The notes beneath the pieces were generated by a model that had not been told where the DNA came from, searched no databases, and was given only the letters and a program-made list of their open reading frames with translations. Shown piece by piece: positions 33,613 to 42,929 of a stretch of DNA of 64,000 nt; within the stretch, counting starts at the first letter, position 1; every line of letters begins with the position of its first letter. Position numbers and translations under genes: made by a program. The stretch comes from Kiritimatiellia bacterium (lineage in GTDB: Bacteria; Verrucomicrobiota; Kiritimatiellia; RFP12; UBA1067): contig JAFXTB010000068.1 of the NCBI GenBank assembly GCA_017525225.1, forward strand, positions 14,526 through 78,525, in the 5' to 3' direction.

Positions 33613-35304
33613 CTAGCGCGAGACATCGTGGCGGCCGGCTGGAAGCTCGAGGCGACGGCCAGCGAACTCGACAAGCGCCGGGGATGGGGACGAGAACCCG
33701 AGCCTGTCGGGCGTGGCCTCGATTGAGATAGGCCCGGCAACTGTGGGGATTGTCGCCTTCACGTGCCTGAGTCCGCCAAGCCGAGGACGAATCGACACCT
33801 TCCGGAATCCAGGCTCAAGCGGAGTCACCCCCAGGATGAAGCGCGAGATGATGTTCAATGGTTCGGAGGCCCAGGCGTGGTTCAGGTCGAGATTTGGCTT
33901 GTCGGCGACGGTCCAGGCTTCCATGGTGATGGTCGAACCGAAGTCCATCATGCCGATCCATCCAGCCTTTCCTCTGGTGGACATAAGCCTCACGGCGGCC
34001 TCGGCGCGGTCTGCCAGGCAGAGTGCCTCAAGCAGATACTGCGCGAAATACGTGCTGCACGCCATGCCCCTCTTCTCGACATAGTCTGCCACCTGCGCGA
34101 CATGGCGCGGGGGCACCAGCCCGAAGGCCAGCGCGGCCGCATTGGCATGCAGCGAACAGTGGTCGGTGCCTTCGCCATCGGCATATAGTCCGATGGAAGG
34201 CCGGAAGAAGGCCTTATGGAAGGCGGCGTGCACGGCCTTCGCACGAGCGACGAACGCGGCGGCATCGTCCGGCCGGCCAAGCGCGCCCGCGATGTCGGCA
34301 AGCTCCAGCAGGTTGCGGTGGTAGAAGGCGTTGACGACCGCATTGACAGGCTTGAACACGAATCCATCGCGGGATTCAGCCGGCCAGTCCACGATGTCGC
34401 TTGCGCCGGGCTTCGCGCCCTTGCGCCGTTCGCCGCCTGTCTCGAGAAGCCCATCGGACGGGCGTGCAAAGCGGTCCATGAGCTTATCCCCCTTGAGTGA
34501 GGCGTAGTATTTGCCTATCGAGCGCGTATCACCCGTCCACATCCAGTCCGCCCACGCCATCTTGATGGAATGCTGACGCCATTCGGTCGGCCAGGTGGGA
34601 TGCTACATGAGCCATTCGTGCGACTTGCGCGCCAACGAGCAGTCGTCGTCGATCGCGTAGTGGCTCAGCTGGTTGATGTAGGCGTCGGCCTCGTACGGGG
34701 TACGCTCGCGGTCGCCATCCACATACACGCCGCAGAACGAGGTGGCCAGTATGGAATACTTGCAGAAGTCATACACGCGCACAAGGTCGGCGTTGTCGCA
34801 CTCGAAGGCGCTCTTGCCCATGTCGATGGGATAGTTCACCGCGATCTGGCGCAGCCGGGCAGGCGGACATCGCACTATCTCCGCATAGCGGAACGGCGTC
34901 ACGATTCCGAAGCGTTCAGGCAGCAGGATCGCAGGTGCCTTCGTATCCCAGCCCTTGAGATTGAAGGAGTCAGGTGGCATCTCTACGCGATGGCGGCCCG
35001 CCTGCTTGAACCCCTTCAGCCGCTGGCAGCGGATGTTGGACCGTGGATACTCGTTGGTCACCTCCCCGCGCGCATTGCACAGTTCACCGATGACTATCTC
35101 GTACGGTCCGGCCGCCGGCCCTTCCAGCTCGAGCCAGCCGACAGCATCGCGTCCGAAATCGGCCACACTGCGCCCGGCGGCGTTCACTGCCGTCTTCACA
35201 GGCACGATCTCGCGCGTTACAAGCTCCTTGTAGTCGTATGGATCGCCGGCCGCATACGACACGGCGCATGCGCCTGCCATGGCGCACACAAGCAGTTCTT
35301 TCAT
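33613..35304 (-). pseudogene. GH78 alpha-L-rhamnosidase interrupted by a single in-frame TAG
   Basis: ORFs 34603..35304 and 33613..34560 are in the same frame (35304-34560 = 744). Reading through gives '...ARKSHEWLM*HPTWPTEWRQHSIKMAWADWMWTGDTRS...'. The TAG is at 34605..34603. 'DGDRERTPYEADAY' and 'STITMEAW' are GH78-like. Confidence 0.7.
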
Positions 35305-36053
35305 GTTTTCACGCTCCCTTGCTTCATTCCATGTTCCATGGACTCGGAAAAGGCGGCCAGTACCGACATCCCGTATATGGCGGCCGTTTCCGCCCGCAGG
35401 ATCGTAGGCCCGAGCGACACTGGCTCCGCCACGGCCAGCAGCGCGCGAAGTTCATCCGGAGTGAAGTCCCCTTCCGGCCCGACGAAAAGTCCAAGCCCTC
35501 CGGATCCGCCACACGTTCCCAGCGCGGACCAGAGCGGCGGCGGCGGCGGCGACATGAGCGCACCCGCGAACACGCGGCCGCAATGCGCGGCGAGATCGAG
35601 GGCGACGGGGAAGTCCTCCGCCTCCATGACCTCCGGCAGCCATACGGCGTCGGACTGGCGTGCGGCATCCTCGGCGATCCGCCGCCAGCGCGCGGCCTTT
35701 GAAGGACGCTCCGACGCAGACAGGCGCACGATGCAGCGCTCAGAGATGACCGGCACGATGCGCGTGACGCCCAGCTCCACGGCCTTCTCGATGGTCCAGT
35801 CCCAGCGGCTGCCCTTTGTAACGCACGCGAAAAGCGACAGCTCCCTCGGCGGCCTGGGATGGTCTACGCATGGGCCGGAGGCCGCCAGCGCACCTGCCGA
35901 GAACACATAGCGGCGCGTATGGCCACAGCCGTCGAAAAGCTCTATTGCCTCGCCCGGCCTGGGACGCAGCACTTTCAGATGGTGCGCTGCGCCAGGCGGC
36001 AGGACGGCCTGCCCGAGAGAAAGACATTCAGATGGTACGAGCAGCCGATGCAT
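35301..36053 (-). CDS. rsmE: 16S rRNA (uracil1498-N3)-methyltransferase
   Basis: 'HHLKVLRPRPGEAIELFDG', 'TKGSRWDWTIEKAVELGV' and 'GPEGDFTPDE...LGPTILRAETA'. ATGA overlap at 35301-35304. Confidence 0.85.
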   Translation of the reverse strand: MHRLLVPSECLSLGQAVLPPGAAHHLKVLRPRPGEAIELFDGCGHTRRYVFSAGALAASGPCVDHPRPPRELSLFACVTKGSRWDWTIEKAVELGVTRIVPVISERCIVRLSASERPSKAARWRRIAEDAARQSDAVWLPEVMEAEDFPVALDLAAHCGRVFAGALMSPPPPPLWSALGTCGGSGGLGLFVGPEGDFTPDELRALLAVAEPVSLGPTILRAETAAIYGMSVLAAFSESMEHGMKQGSVKT

Positions 36054-36061
36054 GGCGACAA

Positions 36062-37348
36062 TCAGAGGAAGAGCGAACTCCAGAGTCCAACCGTGCCGCG
36101 CAGCTCGTCGCGGGATATCCTGATGAAGAACCGCTCGTTCGGCCCCTGGCGCCAGCTCATGAAGCCCAGTCCGTCGCCACGCACCGGCTTGAGCAGGCGG
36201 ATGCCGAGCTCCAGCTGCACCGCATCCTTTATCGGCATCTTGGCGGCGATGCGCGGCAGACTCTGGCGCAGTACCTCCGTAGGCGAGCAGAACATCACGT
36301 TCTCAAGATCCGCGCGCCGGGACGCTTCGGGCAGTATGGCGGCAAGGCGGTTGTGCGGCAGGCCGACGGCCTTCGGCGCCGGCTTGCCGGGCGGGGCCCA
36401 GGCCGGCAGATGGTACGCAGTGGCGGGCGAGCCGGGCGCACGGGCCTGCACGAGCGACCTGCCGACGAACGACGACACCTCCGGTCCGGCGATGGCGAAC
36501 ACCTCTGCCGAACGGATGTCCGAACGGGAGGTGGTGACACCGAAAAGCGGCGCTGTCGCTGGTACGCGGGCAAGACCCATCGCCCCCGCCGGCAGCGTGC
36601 CGGAGGCCTGGCCTGGCTTCATGCGCACCGTGCCGTCGAGCTCCAGGCCGGAAGGCCCCATGCGAACGAATATGGAACCGCCCGCGCAGGCGTCGGACTG
36701 GAACAGCGCGCGCGAACCTGCGGCGCTCATCTGTATGAACGCGAGGTCGCGGCCGAGCTTGTACTTTAGCGCCGGCGCGGCCGCCACCGGCGTATGCTTG
36801 GCAAGCACCGCCGACACGGAAAGGGAGACCCATTGCCCATCAGGGGAATAGAGCGCATAGACCACCGGCCCCGGCTGCCCCTGTGCCGGCGGGATCGCAA
36901 GGCATCCGTTGACGTTCTTGACCGTGGGATGCGCCTTGAGGAAGGCCGCCGGGCCGATGGACGCCGGATAGTAGAGCGTCCAGTGCTTCGCCCGCGCCAG
37001 ATCGGCCTCGCGCTTCTTGCGGCCGGCGGCGTTCGCCGGCGTGGCGAGGATACGGGCGATGACCTGCGAATCCACGTAGCAGACGGATACCCCGTTGGCA
37101 CCCGGGCGCATCGGGCCGAACATGCGGGCTGCCGGCGAATTGACGATCGCCGCCGGGATAGAGCGGTTGAGCAGCATGTCCGACGTCCCCTTGCCAAGCG
37201 ACTGAACATGCGCCGCTATCGTGCGCGTATCGGTGAACGTCACCGTGATGGCGGGACTGAACGCCCCGTCAGCCCGGACACCCCCTGCGGCAAACAGCGC
37301 CACTGCCAGCGCGAGACCTGCGACCCTGCCTTTTCGTATGTTCGCCAT
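36062..37348 (-). CDS. hypothetical secreted protein (428 aa)
   Basis: Signal peptide 'GRVAGLALAVALFAAGGVRA'. I recognise no motif. Coding is supported by length, co-orientation and 8-nt spacing to rsmE. Confidence 0.55.
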   Translation of the reverse strand: MANIRKGRVAGLALAVALFAAGGVRADGAFSPAITVTFTDTRTIAAHVQSLGKGTSDMLLNRSIPAAIVNSPAARMFGPMRPGANGVSVCYVDSQVIARILATPANAAGRKKREADLARAKHWTLYYPASIGPAAFLKAHPTVKNVNGCLAIPPAQGQPGPVVYALYSPDGQWVSLSVSAVLAKHTPVAAAPALKYKLGRDLAFIQMSAAGSRALFQSDACAGGSIFVRMGPSGLELDGTVRMKPGQASGTLPAGAMGLARVPATAPLFGVTTSRSDIRSAEVFAIAGPEVSSFVGRSLVQARAPGSPATAYHLPAWAPPGKPAPKAVGLPHNRLAAILPEASRRADLENVMFCSPTEVLRQSLPRIAAKMPIKDAVQLELGIRLLKPVRGDGLGFMSWRQGPNERFFIRISRDELRGTVGLWSSLFL

Positions 37349-37375
37349 TGCAATCCTTTCTCTTCGCGTGCCCCT

Positions 37376-37386
37376 ATTGTACCAAA
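37376..37386 (-). promoter_or_regulatory. extended -10 TTTGGTACAAT for the 36062..37348 / rsmE / rhamnosidase string
   Basis: Reverse complement of attgtaccaaa, 27 nt upstream of the ATG at 37348, with RBS GAAAGGA between them. Confidence 0.45.
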
Positions 37387-37474
37387 GTTTAGGGCTTCGC
37401 GAAAGGGAGAAGCTTCACAACCCTCCGCCATCGCCACATTCCCAGACATTTTGCATGCCGGCATCCCGGAATTA

Positions 37475-37483
37475 TGGTACAAT
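37475..37483 (+). promoter_or_regulatory. extended -10 TGGTACAAT, 7 nt from the ung ATG (leaderless layout)
   Basis: Reads tggtacaat, then gcacgcc (7 nt), then ATG at 37491. Confidence 0.5.
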
Positions 37484-37490
37484 GCACGCC

Positions 37491-38162
37491 ATGGATGTAA
37501 AGATACACGAATCCTGGAAAAGCGTTCTCGCCAGCGAGTTCGCCAGCCCCTACTTCGCGAAGCTCGTGCAGTTCGTGAAGGACGCCTATGCGCATGGCAT
37601 TGTATATCCTCCTGGGCGCCTCATCTTCGAGGCGTTCAACCGCACTCCGTTCGACAAGGTCAAGGTGGTCATCCTCGGCCAGGACCCCTACCACAACCCG
37701 CGCCAGGCGCATGGGCTGTGCTTCTCGGTGCCGGAAGGCGTGGAACGGCCTCCGTCGCTGGTGAACATATTCAAGGAGCTTGAAAGCGAATACAAGACGC
37801 CGTTCAGCAACCGTAGCGGCGATCTTTCCGGCTGGGCCGACCAGGGCGTGCTGCTGCTGAACGCCACCCTGACGGTGTCGGGCGGGGCGAACATGGCAGG
37901 GTCGCACCAGGGCCGCGGATGGGAGACCTTCACCGACGCCGTGATCGACAGGCTGGCCAACGGCCGCGAGCACCTTGTGTTCATGCTGTGGGGATCGTAT
38001 GCGCAGAGAAAGGGGGCGCTGATCGACCGCACCAGACATCTGGTGCTGGAAACAGCGCACCCTTCCCCTCTATCCGCACACCGGGGATTCTTCGGCTGCG
38101 GGCATTTCCTGAAGGCCAACTCCTACCTGATGGCTCACGGCCTCAGGCCAGTGGAGTGGTAG
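37491..38162 (+). CDS. ung: uracil-DNA glycosylase, family 1
   Basis: 'VVILGQDPYH', 'GVLLLNATLTV' and 'HPSPLSA'. The start is set at MDVKIHESW; an alternative ATG exists at 37482. Confidence 0.9.
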   Translation: MDVKIHESWKSVLASEFASPYFAKLVQFVKDAYAHGIVYPPGRLIFEAFNRTPFDKVKVVILGQDPYHNPRQAHGLCFSVPEGVERPPSLVNIFKELESEYKTPFSNRSGDLSGWADQGVLLLNATLTVSGGANMAGSHQGRGWETFTDAVIDRLANGREHLVFMLWGSYAQRKGALIDRTRHLVLETAHPSPLSAHRGFFGCGHFLKANSYLMAHGLRPVEW

Positions 38163-38168
38163 GAATGC

Positions 38169-39137
38169 TTAGAACGTCGCGGTGATGGCCACGCCGCCAA
38201 CGACATTCCAGGAATATCTGTAACGGTCGGCACCGCCCCATTCCGCATTGTGCGAACGGGCGCCGTCACGCATGTTGGCGTCGAACAGATAGTCGTAGTA
38301 GGCCACGTACGCGGTGATCGACAGCCAGTCGTTTATGGGCAGCTCGAACTCGCCCTTGACGGATGTATCCATGAACCCGCCATGGTCAAGCGGCTCGTCC
38401 GAACCCGGATGCGTGTAGAAGTATCCGCGCGCACGCAGGGTGTTGCCGAAGCCCTGGCCGACGGAAGGACGGAACGTGAGCGTGGGATCCTCATCATCGC
38501 CGATGATCGTGAACTTGTGCCCGACCTCGAAGTTGAAGTACGTGCCGTCGTCGGCCATGAGGTCGCGCTCTACGGCGAACGTCGGCTCAAACCAGAGGTC
38601 CCCGAGCGACAGCTCAAGGTTCAGGTACTGCGTGTCGCCCATGTCCTTGTCCTCGCCGCTTGAATTGTGGTACTTGTAGCGGCGGAGGTATTCATAGATG
38701 TAGTTGAAGTCCACGGAGAGCGCGCCAAGCGTCTCGTTGAGCTCGAAGTCGTGCGCGATGCCGACGGTGGAATCGAGCGTGGTCCATTCCCCGGCCCGCC
38801 TGCCGTAGCCGCCCCGCTTGCCGTTGCCCTTGGTGAGATCGTATATGGCCGAGACGTCGAAATACACCCAGTCGAAGAACGTGAGCGTGGCATTCGGGGT
38901 AAGGATCGGATCCTTGCCATCCATGACGCCGTATGTCATGTACTTCGAGTCGAGCGCCAGGCCGACTTCGGCCGTGACGATCTGCATCTCGCCGAACGAC
39001 ACCCCTTCGCCGGGGGTGAAGGAAAGGCCTTCCTTCTCTTCCTTTTCCTTTTCGGACTCGGCCTTGGACTCCTCGGCCAAAGCCCCACACGCAAGGCCGG
39101 CCGCGCAAAGGGCCGCCAGAATCTGCTTTGAACTCAT
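38169..39137 (-). CDS. outer-membrane beta-barrel protein
   Basis: Signal peptide 'ILAALCAAGLACGALA' and an acidic linker. Alternating hydrophobic beta-strand pattern throughout. The protein ends in an aromatic residue, '...VVGGVAITATF'. Confidence 0.6.
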   Translation of the reverse strand: MSSKQILAALCAAGLACGALAEESKAESEKEKEEKEGLSFTPGEGVSFGEMQIVTAEVGLALDSKYMTYGVMDGKDPILTPNATLTFFDWVYFDVSAIYDLTKGNGKRGGYGRRAGEWTTLDSTVGIAHDFELNETLGALSVDFNYIYEYLRRYKYHNSSGEDKDMGDTQYLNLELSLGDLWFEPTFAVERDLMADDGTYFNFEVGHKFTIIGDDEDPTLTFRPSVGQGFGNTLRARGYFYTHPGSDEPLDHGGFMDTSVKGEFELPINDWLSITAYVAYYDYLFDANMRDGARSHNAEWGGADRYRYSWNVVGGVAITATF

Positions 39138-39188
39138 CTCTTTCTCCTTTTTTTTATGCGCCCGGCGATTTCGCACGAGACGCGTTGT

Positions 39189-39199
39189 AGTTTACCAAA
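39189..39199 (-). promoter_or_regulatory. extended -10-like TTTGGTAAACT upstream of the OMP gene
   Basis: Reverse complement of agtttaccaaa, 51 nt upstream of the ATG at 39137. Confidence 0.35.
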
Positions 39200-39220
39200 C
39201 CAAGCTTGCCGCCGCAAGAC

Positions 39221-39376
39221 CTAACTGTCCTTTTTTGCGTGTCCGCAGCAGCCTTCGCAACATTCCTCGTCGGAGCATCCGCAGGAGCAGGGAGCCCCTT
39301 TCCTGAGATTCCGCCACACGGCCAGCGCCGCCAACGTACCAATGACAACCAGCACTACTATCGAACCATTCGACAT
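39221..39376 (-). CDS. FeoB-associated Cys-rich membrane protein (51 aa), absent from the ORF track
   Basis: Hand translation: MSNGSIVVLVVIGTLAALAVWRNLRKGAPCSCGCSDEECCEGCCGHAKKDS*. One TM plus a Cys cluster, 29 nt downstream of feoB. The track ORF 39192..39404 is in a different frame. Confidence 0.8.
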   Translation of the reverse strand: MSNGSIVVLVVIGTLAALAVWRNLRKGAPCSCGCSDEECCEGCCGHAKKDS

Positions 39377-39405
39377 CTTCCATTCTCCATTCTACATTCT
39401 GCATG

Positions 39406-41979
39406 TTACATTTTACATTTCGCCGGGCGCACCACCATCCACAGGCACCATAGGTCGACCACGATCGCTATGGCCGTCCAGATGCCGAAACCGCCGCCGG
39501 CGAAAAGCATGCCGAGTTGATAGGCCGAGAGCGCAAGCATGTATCCTACGAGCAGCTGGAAGCCGACCGCGAACCAACCCCATGCCTTGGACCCCATCTC
39601 GCGGAAGGTGACGGCGATCGCGACCATGCACGGCGGCACGAACAGGTTGAAGAGCATGAACGACAGCGCCGCGAGCTTCGGGAAGTCGCTCATCGAGGCG
39701 AACAGGTTGGAGACATGCGCCGCCGTCGAGGCGCCATCCATGTTCGCCGCCACGAGGCCGAGCGTCGCGGTGGCCTGTTCCTTCGCAATCTCGGCCGAGA
39801 CGGATGCCGCCGCGCCCTGCCAAGTGCCGAAGCCGAGCGGCGCGAAGAGCCAGGCGATCCACGAACCCATGTCGTGCAGCATCGACTTCTCGATCTCCTC
39901 GTCGGCAAGCAGGTTGAAGCCCCAGTCGAAGTGCATGATGAACCAGAGGAACACGCAGGCGGGAAAGATGATCATGCCGGCCTTGAGCATATATGCCTTC
40001 ACGCGATTCCACGTATGGCGGAAGATGCCTCCAAAGGTCGGCATGTGATAGGCAGGAAGTTCCATCACGAACGGCGCGGCCTCGCCCGAGAACGCCTTGG
40101 ACTTCTTCAAAGCAATGCCGCCAAGCACTATTATGGCTATGCCGACCACATCCATGAGCGGCGCCACATACCACATGTCGCGGAAGAAGATCGCCGCGAA
40201 CATGGCTATGATCACCGTCTTCGCGCCACAGGGGATGAATGTGGCGAGGATGATCGTCATGCGGCGGTCGCGTTCGCTCTCGATCGTCCTGGCGGCCATC
40301 ACGGCCGGCACCCCGCAACCCTTGCCCACTATCATCGGGATGAAGCTCTTGCCCGAAAGTCCGAACTTGCGGAAGAGGCGGTCCATGATGAATGCCACGC
40401 GCGCCATGTATCCGCAGTCTTCAAGGAACGCGAGGAACAGGAATACCACGCAGATCACGGGTACAAAGCCGAGTACCGTGGCAACGCCGCCCCATGCGCC
40501 GTCGTTGACCAGCGAAGCGACCGTTTCGTTCACGCCCATCTTTTCCATGGCGCTGCTGATCAGCGCGCCAATCCCGGGCACCCATACTCCAAATTGCGAC
40601 GGATCAGGCTCTTCGTATTCGGCGGCCTTCTGATAGGCCGCATAGTCGACATCCCACATTTCCGGTTCGCCGCAACCACAGCCGCAGCCCTCGCAATCTT
40701 CGCCAGCCTCGCGTTTCTTCGTGCATTTCTCGCAGTCGCATTCCTTGGTCTTTGGCTCGCCCGTCTCCTCGTCCTCTACGAACACGCCCTTGGCGACAAT
40801 CGTCTTGGCGATGGCCTCGTCGATCTTTTCGGGCATCTTCTCGACCTTCTCGCCATCGGGCTTGCCCTCGTTGACCTTCTCCAGATAGGCTTCCTCCCAC
40901 TTCGACTTCGAGGCATCCTGCTTGGCGAATTCATCCTGCGCATCCTCGAACTCCATGCCCTTGTACGCGCCATCGGCAGTGCATTCGTGCGTGGTGAACG
41001 GCAGATGCCACCCTTCCCCACCAAGAAATCCGTCGTTGGCCCAGTCTGTCAATATGGTACCCGGTCCGCCATCGGCGACGGCAAGCCACCACATCACGCA
41101 TAGCGAGAGGATGAATATCGGCAACGCCAGGATACGATGGGTCACGACCTTGTCGATCTTGTCCGAAAGCGTCAGCGACGCCTTGCGCGGGGACTTCTTG
41201 AACGTCTCGCCGACGATCTTCTGTATGTAGGCGTAGCGCTGAGTGGTGATGATGGATTCTGCATCGTCGTCCATCTCCTTCTCGCAGTCCTTGATATGCT
41301 CCTCAACGTGTGCGACGATGTCCGTCGGCACCTTCAGCATCTCTACCGCCTTCGTATCCCGCTCGAAGACCTTGATGGCCGCCCAACGGCTCGTGGCGTT
41401 CTCCACCTTGCCGTGCAGCGATTCCTCGATATGCGCCAGCGCATGTTCCACGGAACCGGTGAACACGTGCGGGCGCTCGGACATCCGCTTCTTGGCCACT
41501 TCGCCGATCGCCAGCAGCGCCGCCTCCTTCGTCCCTTCGCCCTTCAGCGCCGAAATCTCTATCACCGGGCATCCAAGCGCCTTCTCAAGCCTTGCGATGT
41601 CGAGCGTGTCGCCGTTCCGGCGCATTACATCCACCATGTTCACCGCCACCACCATCGGCAGACCCAGCTCCAGAAGCTGTGTGGTGAGATAGAGGTTGCG
41701 CTCCAGGTTCGAGCCGTCGACGATGTTCAGGATGGCATCCGGCTTCTCGCTCACGAGATAGTTGCGCGCGACAACCTCCTCCAGCGAATATGGCGAGAGG
41801 GAGTAGATGCCGGGCAGATCCTGTATGACCACATCCTTGCGGCCCGACAGTAGGCCGTCCTTCTTCTCCACCGTGACCCCCGGCCAGTTGCCGACATACT
41901 GGTCCGATCCGGTGAGATCGTTGAACAGCGTGGTCTTTCCGCAGTTCGGATTGCCGGCGAGCGCTATTTTTGTTGCCAT
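39406..41979 (-). CDS. feoB: ferrous iron transporter FeoB with a large Cys/acidic loop insertion
   Basis: G-domain 'GNPNCGKTTLFN', 'DLPGIYSL' and 'NMVD'; membrane domain 'LEDCGYMARVAFIMDRLF'. The start is chosen at MATKIALAG (RBS GAAAGGA); the track start is 41994. Confidence 0.9.
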   Translation of the reverse strand: MATKIALAGNPNCGKTTLFNDLTGSDQYVGNWPGVTVEKKDGLLSGRKDVVIQDLPGIYSLSPYSLEEVVARNYLVSEKPDAILNIVDGSNLERNLYLTTQLLELGLPMVVAVNMVDVMRRNGDTLDIARLEKALGCPVIEISALKGEGTKEAALLAIGEVAKKRMSERPHVFTGSVEHALAHIEESLHGKVENATSRWAAIKVFERDTKAVEMLKVPTDIVAHVEEHIKDCEKEMDDDAESIITTQRYAYIQKIVGETFKKSPRKASLTLSDKIDKVVTHRILALPIFILSLCVMWWLAVADGGPGTILTDWANDGFLGGEGWHLPFTTHECTADGAYKGMEFEDAQDEFAKQDASKSKWEEAYLEKVNEGKPDGEKVEKMPEKIDEAIAKTIVAKGVFVEDEETGEPKTKECDCEKCTKKREAGEDCEGCGCGCGEPEMWDVDYAAYQKAAEYEEPDPSQFGVWVPGIGALISSAMEKMGVNETVASLVNDGAWGGVATVLGFVPVICVVFLFLAFLEDCGYMARVAFIMDRLFRKFGLSGKSFIPMIVGKGCGVPAVMAARTIESERDRRMTIILATFIPCGAKTVIIAMFAAIFFRDMWYVAPLMDVVGIAIIVLGGIALKKSKAFSGEAAPFVMELPAYHMPTFGGIFRHTWNRVKAYMLKAGMIIFPACVFLWFIMHFDWGFNLLADEEIEKSMLHDMGSWIAWLFAPLGFGTWQGAAASVSAEIAKEQATATLGLVAANMDGASTAAHVSNLFASMSDFPKLAALSFMLFNLFVPPCMVAIAVTFREMGSKAWGWFAVGFQLLVGYMLALSAYQLGMLFAGGGFGIWTAIAIVVDLWCLWMVVRPAKCKM

Positions 41980-42065
41980 TGCTTTTCCTTTCATCGGGCA
42001 TGCCGAAAGCTTTCGTTAGCCCTGATTAAACTAGTTAGCCTATGCGAATTTAAGTGCCAAAAAAA

Positions 42066-42284
42066 TCACACGACCTCGATTGCCGCCGCCTCGTCCTTGC
42101 GGATCGAAAGCTCGTAGCCCCTCACCGTCAGCTCGATGGGATCGCCGAGAGGCGCTATCTTCCTGACGGCCACCTCAGTTCCCTTCGTCAACCCCATGTC
42201 CATGATGCGGCGCTTGACGGCGCCTGCTCCGTTGATGCGGACGATCTTGACGCTACCGCCCGGCTTTACTTCGTTCAGTGTCAT
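42066..42284 (-). CDS. feoA: FeoA family protein
   Basis: 'MTLNEVKPGGSVKIVRINGAGAVKRRIMDMGLTKGTEVAV...GDPIEL', an SH3-like FeoA pattern. Confidence 0.85.
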   Translation of the reverse strand: MTLNEVKPGGSVKIVRINGAGAVKRRIMDMGLTKGTEVAVRKIAPLGDPIELTVRGYELSIRKDEAAAIEVV

Positions 42285-42306
42285 TTCCGTTTCCCTTTCC
42301 AAAGAG

Positions 42307-42516
42307 TCATACCAGAATCCGCTGCGCGAGGCTGCGGTCAACCGCCACGCGGCTGTCCATCACCGCGAGGATAAGGTTGCCGCCGTTGTCTGCGACAATC
42401 TCCACCACGGCTCCCTCCGTGAACCCCAAGGAGCCCAGGTGCTTGCGCACGGCGTCATTTCCGCGTATCGCCGCTATCTTCCGGCGCGTACCTACTTCCA
42501 TCATCGACAAAGGCAT
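42307..42516 (-). CDS. feoA: FeoA family protein (second copy)
   Basis: 'GTRRKIAAIRGNDAVRKHLGSLGFTEGAVVEIV'. Confidence 0.8.
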   Translation of the reverse strand: MPLSMMEVGTRRKIAAIRGNDAVRKHLGSLGFTEGAVVEIVADNGGNLILAVMDSRVAVDRSLAQRILV

Positions 42517-42543
42517 GTTTGTTTTCTCTTTCTTTATTGTTGC

Positions 42544-42562
42544 AGTCTAACCTAATTAGACT
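42544..42562. promoter_or_regulatory. 7-5-7 palindrome, candidate metalloregulator operator of the feo operon
   Basis: AGTCTAA-cctaa-TTAGACT, located between the predicted -10 (42574-42582) and the feoA ATG (42516). Confidence 0.35.
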
Positions 42563-42573
42563 TGGCGAACAAT

Positions 42574-42582
42574 ATTCTACCA
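42574..42582 (-). promoter_or_regulatory. extended -10 TGGTAGAAT for the feo operon
   Basis: Reverse complement of attctacca, 57 nt upstream of the feoA ATG. Confidence 0.45.
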
Positions 42583-42903
42583 CACCACCGTCCGCGTTGT
42601 CAACGGGAAAAGTTAGATAAAGTTAAGGTCAAGAGTGTGAGCAATTTTCGTAAGGCATCAACCACGGAAAACACGGAGACCCGCGTTCGCGGGGCACCGA
42701 AATCAGCCCGAAAGAGACCTACGGGCATCTCGCTGACATTAGCCCATCTGCCATGTGCCGATACTCTCGGAGAGGTAATTATCGGCTGAAATGTGTGAAA
42801 CCTCAATTTCTCAGCCCTTTCCGTGCCGTACAAGGGTACGTTTCAGAGTATTCCGTGGTTGAATCAGCCTAACAGAATTTGTCCGCGCCCGTTAAGGAAG
42901 GTA

Positions 42904-42929
42904 CTGGAGCCGGGTTCTGAAGGCTCCAG
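42904..42929 (-). terminator. 8-bp stem hairpin after the permease gene
   Basis: CTGGAGCC, a 10-nt loop, then GGCTCCAG, 15 nt after the stop at 42944. The U-tail is weak (UACCUUCCUU). Confidence 0.35.

Noticed and set aside
39192-39404. 70-aa minus-strand ORF downstream of feoB.
   Set aside because: It is in the wrong frame. The overlapping 51-aa frame (39221..39376) encodes a textbook FeoB-associated Cys-rich membrane peptide.
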